Assembly: GCA_000934665.2 (NCBI GenBank)
Contig: KZ538340.1
Location: forward strand, 1 to 64,000
DNA: 64,000 nt
Source: Catajapyx aquilonaris
Taxonomy: Eukaryota
Direction: 5' to 3'
The notes below the pieces were generated by a model that saw only the letters and a list, made by a program, of their open reading frames with translations, was not told the DNA's origin and did not search any database. Positions 34,647 through 45,622 of the stretch are shown piece after piece (the first letter of the stretch is position 1; every line of letters begins with the position of its first letter). The translations under genes and the position numbers were made by a program.

Positions 34647-37600
34647 GTGAGTACAATCACTTCTGTAAAGGTGTGGTGAGTTATGAAACTGCAAATATTT
34701 ATTCTGATAGCGGGACTGGGACAAGTTCGTAATACCACGTGTAGAATTATTTTCAAATCGACGCTCACGCTTATCTTGAAGTTTGAGAATGCAAACAGAG
34801 AGGGCAGATCACTGTCCATGTCTTGTCAGTCAGCTGTTTGGACCAAAGAGGGGTCACGTGCGCATTTTGATTAAGAGACCCTAATCACATGTGATAACAT
34901 AAACATCAAAGAAGACCGAATGGACAATACGCACCCATTCTCAGGTTATTTCTGCAGGTGCCTGTACAGTGCTGGACAAATTAGCCGTCGCTGAATGTTT
35001 TTTTTCCGTCGGCGACGGCGCTGCGTTACCTGGCAACCCTGTCCGGCAGGCCAATTCAAACATCAGCCCATGGAGAGCGCTTCCATTGTTGCCACTGTTT
35101 ACAAATCGAGTGAGTGAGTGCGCAGGGAGAAGAGACCCGTCGCTGGGTCGTCCGCGTCACTCACTCGATTGGTAAACAGTGGCAACAATGGAAGCGCTCT
35201 CCATGGGCTGATGTTTGAATTGGCCCGCCGGACAGGGTTGCCAGGTAACGCCGCCGCCGCAGCCGCCGGAAAAAAAAACATTCAGCTACGGCTAATATGT
35301 GCAGCACTGTATATCCCTACCCTGCCAGTATGAAAGTTCTTGTAAACATGGATGTCTTAATTAGCATTATTCTGAGAAGTAGGCATACCTGGTACCTCAC
35401 AATACAAGAATGTTGTGATTGTTACAGGCCCGACCTTTGAAGACTCAGGAGTTGCAGCATCCCCATTTGAGCAAGCTGATTGCCGGGAAAATGGCTCAGG
35501 TTCACTCAATGGAAGTGCCAATCAGCAAGGAACCCAGGTGGCTGTGGGACACCATGTCTAGGTTAGTATCCTGGACAAATTTGTCACCCAGTTTCAGCAG
35601 CATTTTCATTAATACACATTTGATGCATTACAAAATTGCCATAATTTCTAACATTACAGGGTAAAGGTAATGTTCCACCTTGGCTTGGGTCACTTTTGAC
35701 CAGCCCCTGGTTCTTCCAGCTTAGCCCTGTGTTGACGGTGGTTTAATATAAAAGTCTCCGCCATGAGGGGAATTTGGCGCTGGCGCTCCCCTACAGGAAT
35801 CTACTGGGGGGTCGGTTCGGGTTGTCTGCCTTCTGAACCAACCTAAACTTTGACCGAAACCGTCCTTTCCTCAGAGGGCGTTCACAGACTAGGATTCGGG
35901 TGGCTGGCAGAGGTAGATTCCTGTGGGGGCTCGCCAACGCTAAATTCGCGGTCTGGCTGAGACTTTTATATTAAACTACCGTATCGTAGGAGTGACAGGG
36001 GGCTGCTTTTGACCCAGCCCAAATTAAAGGTGCGTTTACATGTGAGCGATTTGATCGGGCAATGTCATCGCCGAGCGATGAATCCAATGGTTTGGGGCGA
36101 AAGTAACAATCATGGTAACAATCGATTTTCGCCACAAGCAATTGGATTCATCGCTCGGCGATGACATCGCGCGATCAAATCGCTCACATGTAATGTATGG
36201 AAAATGAGGGAACGGTCTGACGTCAAGGCTTCCATGGAAATACCCTCACAGAACAATATGAATAAACAGTGTCAACAAAAAGCAACCATGGAAGAAACGT
36301 ACGATGACGTCAGATCGTTATCTCGTTTTCCGTACATTAAACGCACCTTAAAATGCTATTTCGTAGCGTTGGTGTCGATCAGCCCCTGACACTCCTCTGA
36401 TACGGTAGGGTAATATTTCTGTGTCCCATCGTTTGCTAAGCCGCCATCTTGATCAAGGTGCAACTCGGGTGGTTAGGTAGCTGGTGAGTCTGGCGATGGG
36501 CTCGATTTTTCTTTGCTTCCGCATACTTACCACTTAAGTGCACCTTGAACAAGATGACAGTATAGCGAACGCTGTAGCGCCGCCAGCGCCAAAATCCGGG
36601 CTGGCGGAGACACAGGAATTAAAGTACTGTATCCATATGGCTACGGGGAAAGTGACAGTGAGCTGGTGTCGATACATATTGGGAGATTATCACAACACCC
36701 GATATATGGCAGCGTTCCCCCCATACAAATATATGCGGTGGGCAGTCGTGCCTCTAAGTGGAGAAGTGGTGAAACTATTCTGTTTATAAGCTCTCATGAT
36801 TATTTTAATTGCTATGAGGGTCATTCCATCTCAATTCTGTAAATTTTCTGAAAAGTTGTGGCTCGACCCCTTCCGATGTAACTGGGAAAAAGATCAGGTA
36901 GGTAGGGATCCACACCTTATTGAGAAATCCTATTTGAGGCCGCTGGATTCAAATCTCACGGAGATTTAACAATGGAAAGTTCAACAATGTCGTCCATGTA
37001 AAGTATTTTTAACTGTTCAGACTGTTCTCCCAACACCAACATGCTATACCCTATATCAAATGGAAGGAAATGCAGATAGGAATAACATGGTTACAAGATA
37101 TTTGACATAACTCGAAAAGCGACAATGAAAAAAAAAATCGTTAATATAATATGTGTTAATCACTATAATATTCCCGATAGCCGTAACTCATAACATTATG
37201 ATTTTAATAAAGTGATATTTAGGATATAGGGCAATCACTGTTGCCTGAATTCATATGCAAAACTTCATTGTGATAAGTCACGCAGGGTTGGATATAAAAA
37301 ATCAAGAAATTATGAATCACCGCATTTCACCGATTTTCGAGCTCAAATATCTCGAAGTGGGGCTAGGCCAATTATGACTTTTGGTATGTCAATAGATTCC
37401 TTGGATCATTCCCTATTCAGAAATGCATAAACCATTCTTTACCGGTGATCGGTAATTGATCGGCGAATTTTCAAACGCATATGGCGGTGCACGGAATCAT
37501 TGCCATCATATATCCATCTTGAATCAAGATATCAGTGGTAATGATCCTATCTAATGTGACCCAAATGTAAAGGTGGAACAGATCCTTTGAGCTGAAGTTT

Positions 37601-40600
37601 ATATATGGTTGAACTAGAGTGCATGCTGCAATGAAAATGCATTTTACTATATTCTAACAGCCAGTAAAATGTCCACTGCATTTTTCAAGTTGTCCCCTTT
37701 TTGGCCAGGTGGCTACGCAACGTCCAAGAGCGACAGGGCAGTTGGGACGAGTGTCCTGCATCTCGAAGACTAGCATCAATACCTTTTGCCCAAGAAATGG
37801 GTTGGCTGAAATCCTTTCTCAGCAAGGTGGAGTCCCCAGTTGTTTTTTGCCACAATGACTTACAGGAAGGAAATATTCTCCTGAAGGAAGATGAAGAAGA
37901 AGGGGAGGATAAGAACCTGGACTATGTGGATGAAATGGTTCTGATTGACTTTGAGTACTGCTCATACAACTATCGTGGGTTCGACCTGGCCAACCACTTC
38001 TGCGAGTGGATGTATGATTACACTCTAGCAGAAGCACCACACTTCACGGCAGCCCCTGCAAATTTTCCATCCACTAGGCAGCAGGTAAGACCGTATATCC
38101 CATCTTGATAACCAAGTAGTATGAGAGGGTCTGTGAGTGATAGTGTGTGTGAATGAGGTGCGAACGAGGTTAGGAAGCAGGGTGAACCCAACCAAAAGAA
38201 CTGCTTTTTGGTGTCTTGACCTCTCAGCCAATGCTCGAATGTTGTACACCTTCCTCTGCACTGCACCAAACTTTATGTTTACATATGCGCGTGAAAAGTA
38301 CCACGCATTCTGAAATAATATTTAAGGATTTTCTGTGAGCTTCACTCCATGAGTGAAGCATAGTGTCAATCTGAAATTGTGTAGAATTTGGGACATTGTT
38401 GGGTGACCTAAATTATGTGGATGGATGCATGGGAGAGAACATGTGTGAGTGAATCTGAGTGAGGTAAAGTATTGTATGAGTCTGACAGTTTTTTTTTGGG
38501 TGACGTTATGGTTTTGCTTTTAAGTTGGGAGTGTAGTCAGTGTAATGTCACTCATGCTGCAGTGATTTGCATAATAAGAAATGCAACTTCCAGCTTAAAT
38601 GCTTGAAAAATTAGGGTGTTTGAGTCATGTACTGTGTTTGTGCTTGTATTTGCCTGGTGCTTCACAGTACATGATTTCATTGTACTGCAATTATGAAAAT
38701 GAAATGTTTTGTTGGTAGATTGGACCAGAATTACACCTTTAGGTTAGATAATGTCATTATAGTTTTTGTTTCAGTGTATAGTTTGGCAGTGTTGGGGATA
38801 TTTTGACTTGTGAATCTGCGTAGCAGAGAGTGTAATACCTGCCTAATGGTCAGGTGAATGTGTGGTACTTCTCATGCAGCTTGTGTGCATGGCTTGTTAG
38901 TTTCCCTTGCATTAATATGTTGTGGAGCAAAATCATGCACATTTGAGTTGAACTGCTTGAATTTATTTTTTATTTGATCAAGTGTGCAGAAGGATGAGAA
39001 TTATGAAAGAAAGAGTACAAGGCAAGAGAGGAAGAGATAAAAAGCTACAGAGGATGGGAAAGGGGAATGATGAGTGATGGAAAAGGAAGAACTTAGGAGG
39101 TGGATTATGCTTTTATTTCTTCTCACTGCAAGACGACGTGGTACTGGCATATTTTATTTGTGTTGGGTCGAGGTGGGATTTGCTTTGGGTGTACGTACGT
39201 ATGTGTCAGTGTCTCCGTCTCGCGCAGTTGGACCCGCAAGAGAGAGGGGCTCCCAATCCATTGGCTGCTGCGGTCGCCTCTCGAGCATGCTCAGCTCAAG
39301 CTCCACTTTGAGCTCCAAACTGAGCTCTGCTTGAGAACGCATCCACGTAGGCTACCTACCGTATGTGAGTCCTATTATTCACACCCCAAGCATATGAACA
39401 AAAAAAAGGAAAGTAAACAAAAAACCAAGAGTATAGTTATACCATCACTCTACCTGTACTAACGTTCACTTGTATATAACAAGAGGCCTTCAAGTTTGCC
39501 TCAGGCAAATGAATTAGTTGGCCTTTAATACACAAAAACCTACATGAACAAACAAATAAACAACTAGAGTGTGAATATACCATCAGGCCTATAAGTTCAA
39601 AATTAATAGTGATGGGCATCTCCATCCCTGCCATTCCATTCCATTCATTCATCTTCATCAATTTCATCTACTTCATCACTGATGCACTTATGTGAATGAG
39701 GCAGGGGTGGATTTAGCCGATAATTTTTAAAAAGACGTGGCCTTGCTTACTCTTAGAGGCCATGTGTGTTATACCTGTGCCGGGTCTCGGCTTTGTCCTC
39801 TTCCACAGCTAGAGTTCATTCGGGAGTACCTGAAATGCATGAAGCGCCATCAAGAGGAAGACCAGGAGGGAATGGTCTCCTTGACCAATGGACTTGTGAA
39901 TGGACTTGATGGAGGGGACAGAGACGAAGAAATATCTCTCCTCAAGGAAGTTAGCGCCTTTACTCTGGCCTCCCACTTCTTCTGGGGGCTGTGGAGTGTT
40001 GTCAATGCCCAAGTTTCTCAGATCCCATTTGGATACTGGGTAAGGTTACGAAAAGAGCAATGCAGCCCAAATTTGCCGAAACCCAGTATCAGCATATTTT
40101 CAAATTTTACGGACAGGCCAAAACACGAATGGATTCAGCACAGTGACTTATGGATTTATGACATTTAAGGTCCCCAGATTTCCCCTTCTTGTGGCGTCAG
40201 GCATGCTAGGAATTTTTTAATGCATGTAGTTCATCCCTGCAAGGACATAGTAAAATCTAAATTTCCCACCAAATGTCATATACTGGGTTTAGGCATTTGG
40301 GCCGAATCTTCAATTATAATATAGTTCTTAGTAGAGATCAAATGAGTGGCTGAGAAGCAGAGTGGTTCATGTCGAAAAATAGTTTTGAGATAAACGCATG
40401 CAAAGTTCTAGGCTTGCCTTTGCAGTCATGGTAAAAGTAAGTCACATTAACTTAATAATTTGATAGCAAATATTACAAACATCTTAGGCCAAGTTACAAA
40501 ACAGTTGGGCATGGGGAATGCCATGAAAGCGACAACTCAAAATGGGCGAATTTCGACATGAACCACTCTGCTTCTCAGCCACTCAAATGGTTAATGACAT

Positions 40601-43600
40601 GAAAGAGCAGTGCTACCATGTTACCCTTCCAATAGTGGCCTGCCAGTATGCAATGAGGTTCACCAGGGGGCTGGTACGTATTCCTACAGGGAGCCAACTG
40701 GCCGGTATAAAGTGGGGTTCTTTTCATGATATCCTCCTTTCTTTGACGAGAGTTCGTTTTAGCAGAGAAATGGTTACAACTGTGTTGTGTGAAGAAGAGA
40801 GAAACAAATCACAGGTTAAAAGTGACGTATAAATTGTGAACTTGTGCTTGTTCATGATAATTATTATGAACAAGCACAAGTTCAAAGATGAGCAAAGTAG
40901 TTGATTATGAGATTTAATGAAAGTGCTCTTAGGAAACAAACCTAATTGGACCAAAATGGTCAAAATGACATCTGTTATATCACCCTTGGTTATAACATAT
41001 AGTGATGTAGAGAATGCATTAAATACTCTCATTCAGGTGCAGTCCACCTGTAGACACTATTTTGGAATGAAACTAATTTCATTTATCATGTTTTTCTATG
41101 AAAGATAGCAGTTTCTGATCCAAATTATGGTTATTTTGGTCAGTGCACATGTTAATGCAACTTTTCTTCTGTTTATTTTTTTTTGTTAACTCTGCTTCAT
41201 CACACCAAACCAGTTTCACACAACAACAACAGCAACAACAACAACAACACAATATATTAAAGCTTTCCAGCAGATTTGTATTGTCACATTTTGAATGACC
41301 AAAGTTACATTACCTGATCACATTAGGTCCGGTTCACACGTGGCCACTTTTAGGGGCAGCAACTGACCACTTTTGGAAATACATAGGCCACGTGTGAATG
41401 CTCTCATTCAATCATGTGTATTTCCAAAAATGGTCAGGTACTGTGGCCAGTTGCTCCCACTAAAAGTGGCCACATGTGAACTGGGCCTTACGGGATTTGG
41501 TGACATTCAGACGCTCCAGAATATCTCACTGTCTGAAATACATTTGACATAATGCCACTACTAATCATTATATTCATTTCAATTTTTGATGAGGAAATGT
41601 GTTGGCATTTGCAACTTGGCATATCACATAAACCTTTCTGTTTCCTGTACCATGGCTTGCATATATGGTGTTCTTCCAGGCAAAATTTGTACAAAATTGC
41701 ACATTGGAAAGGCGACATTATTTTCATGTAAAAATTAAAGAGCATTTCATGAAAATAATACCCCTGGTGTGTTTATCACTATCTTAGAAAATTGATGGAA
41801 CATTCATTATGTCTTAATGTCATGCTAATGTCAATGTCAAATACAGAAAAATATTGTTCATACCAAATTATAGGACACATTTTTTGGGAGATATTTTGCT
41901 AAAGAAGTATATATTGCAATATTTGAAAAGGAACATATACAATGTGATCCAACTGAATTGTCTCTAGAATGTTCTGAAACTAAGCAGCTTGTTATTGAGC
42001 AGCCTCTTTTGCAGTTACTCTTAGGTATTATCAAATGTTGCTGTTGATCTCACATCAAATAGAAGCATCAATTCAAGGACTCGGTTGATGCAGTGAATTT
42101 TTAATACAGTATTATGGCATTGGGTGTGTCCCATTTGGAACCACAGTAGGTCGGGGGTTCAACCCTGCTTATCTTCTTGGCTGCAGTAGTTTAAAAGCAT
42201 GCCTGATGGAAGCAGCTGATATTAATTTTTGGATAAGCCTAATGACTAATTGTTGGAAAGTAACTTTTAACAATAAGCAGCATAGGGCCAAAACACTACT
42301 AGCAAATATAGAAAATTCAACTGGAACACATTGTATGATTTACCATGGAATGAGTAAAGAATAGAATAGACACATTTGAAAAGGCAAGAAAATTAATCAT
42401 CTATTATCCCCAACCTAAACTTGTGTGGCAATCGTGGCCCATGGCCGTATCCCATGTCCCACCGCATACTCAAACCAAAGCATGAGAACTTATGATAATA
42501 ATAGAGCCCTGGTGGAGTTGTTATGCATGATAATTTCCCAAGCCAGTAGCTTGCATCATATTCATGACATGACAACACTCTGCCTTCCTGAGAGCTTATG
42601 CTTGGGTTGGGATATTGGATGGTGGGTTCATGCTGACACATGGGTTGGTTCAGGTATTTAAAAGATTATAACAATTGAGATTGCAATTTTTACAGTGTGT
42701 TATGAGCCAGTAAACTACTGAGTAATGGACATAGTTAGGCTACAAATCTAGGAACAACCATGCTAAAAATCCAGACAAGTCTATCTACAGTGGACCATGT
42801 TTGGTTCACATCCTATTTGGAGGAGACTGAAACTATATCTCGAAAGTGAACTGGGCCCAAGAACTACCATAAGGGTGACAGAGGTGTATGGGATAGAGGA
42901 GAGATGCAAAAGAAAATCGTGGTAGTGATGACTGGGAGTGCATGGTTTATGCAAGAGTAATCCCAAGAACATTGGGGCTCATGTCCCAATGCTGGATCAA
43001 ACATCCAATGCACCTCCTACAGTGCCATCAGGAATTTTTTGTAAGTTATCATGACAATTTTATGGCAGGTGTTTTGGGCATTTGGTCGATCATTGGGACC
43101 AGTACCTAATTGTTCTTGAGTCATTAGTGACTCTCATTTTTCACCTCATTCCTTTATCCCATACCTCTTATGTGTCACCCACCCTTACCCTTACAGCAGT
43201 TGTGCCAAAGAGTTCGGCAGGGGGATCCTTTTTTGTTAGGGTGAAGTGGGGAAGTGCAATCTTGTTTTGTAATACTGGTAGATCACTTTCAATCATCTGT
43301 TACATTACCTATTCCTTGTACTATGTGAATAAAATTGTGCCAGGTCCATTACTAATAAGAAAAATTATTCATAATGAAGTGTTTTTGAGGCATCATCAAT
43401 CAAAAGTAATCATGCATGGAGTGCTCACTTGTCTAGGTACTTAGGGCAAGAACACACCCCTATTCAATCGCTGTGTCCAATGATATATCTCTATATCTAC
43501 TGCAATTGGACTAGTGCTACGGTGCTACATAATCATAACCTGATATAAAATGTGTGTAATTTACTGAATTATGACACCACCCTTTGTTTAGGAGACATGA

Positions 43601-44495
43601 GCTTCTTTTAGAATAACTTTGCCCTGTTTTCAATGTGTGAGGGGAAAAAAACACCTATGGATCCCCACTGTAGCTTCCGGTTATTGAATGTTGATAGTTT
43701 AGGTGCAAAATATGACACTGTAACACAAAATTATCTCTATTTTTACATGCACTTGCCTCAATCACACATTTTCCTAGGTGACGTGGGTACCTCCAGGCCA
43801 CAGTCATGTTATACCCACTTGCATCATTCATATTGTACATCCATGTGTTACTCTTGAATTTCACTGCAACTGTGTTGTAGGGACACTGGCTGATAGAAAC
43901 TTACATGAAAAATTGACTGAGATGCGGCTAGCAAGTATGTCGTGGCAGGAGTAGGCAGTGGAGTGACCAGGAAACAAAGACATTTTGGTACAAGGGAAGT
44001 AGGTAAACCTGCCCTCTTGTGCTGGATTACAAGTGCTTGATATAGTCTATATGGCAATGCCTTTCACACAACTCCAGTTAGCAATGGAAGATGCACTTAC
44101 CTTGATTGCAGACTTACCCCACCTTACCATGTATATTCTGGCTGTCCTGCCGGCCTGATGTCAACCAAATGATCCATTGGTAGATGAGACTTGTCAGGAT
44201 GCTTATCATATTTGTTCCCGGACTTGTTTGTAATAATGTCTGTGTACTGGCTGTGACTGGCTCACTTTCACTTGAGTGAATGGGAAATTCTAGGATCTCC
44301 CATGTCACCAAGCACAGATGTCCATTCAAAGTATGTTTCAACTGTGATTAACCTTGTCTTTTCTTGTGCTTGGAACAGGACTATGCTGCTGCCAGGTTCG
44401 AGGCATACTTTAAGGAGAAATCTACGCTTCTGGAGACTTGGGCAGCAGTGGATGGGGCAGGCAACAGTAAGAGGAAATCTGACAGTATGGACTGA
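34403..44495 (+). CDS. CHKB: Choline/ethanolamine kinase (5'-incomplete; five exons found)
   Basis: join(34403..34646,35428..35561,37709..38084,39809..40039,44379..44495); phases consistent. Motifs SGGLSN, VLLRLYG, LGPRLYGVFPGGRLEEYIP, Brenner motif CHNDLQEGNILL, choline kinase motif LIDFEYCSYNYRGFDLANHF, SHFFWGLWS, FGYWDYAAARFEAYF. CHKA versus CHKB orthology cannot be resolved. Confidence 0.93.
34967..35309. mobile_element. TA-flanked palindromic Tc1/mariner-type MITE (~150-bp arms)
   Basis: TA|CAGTGCTG...CAGCACTG|TA; near-identical inverted arms, which explains the mirror ORFs in the track. Confidence 0.9.
35428..35561 (+). CDS. CHKB: Choline kinase exon
   Basis: TTACAG acceptor; ARPLKTQEL...IAGKMAQVHSMEVPISKEPRWLWDTMS; AG|GTTAGT donor. 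Confidence 0.93.
35701..36005. mobile_element. CAGCCCC-terminal hAT-like MITE, copy 2
   Basis: Perfect 8-bp TSD CTTTTGAC; clearly homologous to 23827-24101. Confidence 0.88.
36028..36348. mobile_element. Harbinger-like palindromic MITE with a TA-TSD MITE (36193-36337) inserted in its right TIR
   Basis: TAA|AGGTGCGTTTACATGTGAGCG...CGCTCACATG[TA-insert-TA]AACGCACCT|TAA; insert TIR ATGTAYGGAAAAYGAG. Confidence 0.85.
36380..36665. mobile_element. CAGCCCC-terminal hAT-like MITE, divergent copy 3
   Basis: Perfect 8-bp TSD GTGTCGAT; CAGCCCCTGACACTCC terminus. Confidence 0.8.
37709..38084 (+). CDS. CHKB: Choline kinase exon (Brenner and choline kinase motifs)
   Basis: SPVVFCHNDLQEGNILL...LIDFEYCSYNYRGFDLANHFCEW; GCCAG acceptor, CAG|GTAAGA donor. 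Confidence 0.96.
39809..40039 (+). CDS. CHKB: Choline kinase exon
   Basis: TTCCACAG acceptor; LEFIREYL...FTLASHFFWGLWSVVNAQVSQIPFGYW; TGG|GTAAGG donor. Confidence 0.94.
40063..40303. mobile_element. MITE just downstream of a choline kinase donor site
   Basis: GCCCAAATTTGCCGAAACCCAGTAT / ATACTGGGTTTAGGCATTTGGGC inverted termini. Confidence 0.6.
40344..40584. mobile_element. Sola-like MITE
   Basis: Perfect 34-bp TIR GAGTGGCTGAGAAGCAGAGTGGTTCATGTCGAAA; GAG...CTC termini; 4-bp TSD AAAT. Confidence 0.85.
41326..41487. mobile_element. Harbinger-like MITE
   Basis: TTA|GGTCCGGTTCACACGTGGCCACTTTTAG...CTAAAAGTGGCCACATGTGAACTGGGCC|TTA. Confidence 0.85.
44379..44495 (+). CDS. CHKB: Choline kinase last coding exon
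   Basis: Absent from the ORF track. Pyrimidine tract + AACAG acceptor; DYAAARFEAYFKEKSTLLETWAAVDGAGNSKRKSDSMD*. Confidence 0.9.
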   Translation, partial: DYAAARFEAYFKEKSTLLETWAAVDGAGNSKRKSDSMD

Positions 44496-45299
44496 AGTGT
44501 GCGTGATAATCACGCAAAGACAAGCACTGATTCATGACTCACTTTTTCAAGGGTGTGGGTGAGAGGCGGGCGAAAGGGGATTGTGTTTTCCAGAAAAGCT
44601 CACTTTAAAGGGTCCAGCATCAGTCCCCATTACTTTTTTTTTGAATATTTGTAGAATGTGTGTTTGTACCATTATGATGGATTTATGGGTGGGGGGTAGG
44701 AATGAGAAACAATCAACTTGGCCAGTATTTTTCAGCTTATATGCTGTGATGTGGGACATGGGTTGAAGGGGCTTTTTAGACACAGTTACTTCCTCTTTTA
44801 GCAGGTTCCTGTTTTTCAGCAGTATTGTTTTAATTTTAATGGGCACACAACGAGTGTCAGTAAAAGGCAGTGGTTTTAAACAACTGAGCAAGTGCAGTGA
44901 GGTGGCATATTACTGGACTAGTCAGTGCAAGACATAAGGCATAATATGAAGCAAAACAGTGACCTTAATCAAAACCGTCACCATACATACGATTGTCTCA
45001 GTACTCTACTTAAACTGACCACCTTGTGGGTTAAACTTATATCACAGGAACCTTAACAGCAGCTGACATTTATCATGTTATAATCAGTTTAGCTAACAGC
45101 ATAATCAAGTGATGTCAGCAACATGTACTTATTTTCTGAATTGTTGGCAAAGTTTGTGTTATTAATTATCCCGTTGTTGATTTACATTTAAGAAATCATG
45201 ACAGTTCTGCTTGAATATTATGAGACTGAAGGCATTTATATTGCAGTTAGATTTGTGTTGTTTAAAGACAGGGCTGTTTCCCAGGATGAAAAAAAGACT

Positions 45300-45327
45300 A
45301 ATAAAGTAATAGAACTGTAAGTTTATT
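45300..45327. terminator. Opposed polyadenylation signals (plus AATAAA 45300-45305; minus AATAAA 45322-45327)
   Basis: First AATAAA I found downstream of each of the two convergent stop codons. Confidence 0.5.
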
Positions 45328-45379
45328 ATTTTCTTGTAGAAAAAAAGAGGTTGGAGAGTATAAGATGCACTATGAAAGT

Positions 45380-45622
45380 TCAAGTGAGACGGGGGCAGTC
45401 AGGATGGTCCAGGTCAGTCGGCGTGATCATGCATATATTTTTGGCTGCTACTTGTTCCAGGTATTTGAGGCACGCTTCAGTGTGATCCCGGTTCACTTCA
45501 GGGTCCAGGTAGCTGAGAAATGTGTACATTTCTTGGAATAGACTAAATGGGACGGAGGCTGCACCTCCTGGAGGCTCACTAGTCATGAGCTCACAAATGA
45601 TGACCATTGTGTCATTCAAGTC
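45380..45622 (-). CDS. ROPN1L: Ropporin-1-like coding exon 2
   Basis: CTCTAACAG acceptor; DLNDTMVIICELMTSEPPGGAASVPFSLFQEMYTFLSYLD...CPRLT*. Confidence 0.92.
   Translation of the reverse strand, partial: DLNDTMVIICELMTSEPPGGAASVPFSLFQEMYTFLSYLDPEVNRDHTEACLKYLEQVAAKNICMITPTDLDHPDCPRLT

Larger units (their letters stand above)
35665..37586. mobile_element. Kolobok-like outer element containing several nested MITEs
   Basis: AGGTAATGTTCCACCTT..TTGGGTCAC / GTGACCCAA..AAGGTGGAACAGATCCT; flanks GTAA and TTGA (decayed TTAA). Confidence 0.6.

Noticed and set aside
34969..35333. Mirror ORFs with the same peptide on both strands
   Set aside because: Consequence of a palindromic MITE, not coding.
40620..40680. 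QYAMRF as the last choline kinase exon
   Set aside because: Poor acceptor and match; 44379-44495 (DYAAARFEAYF) fits the family far better.
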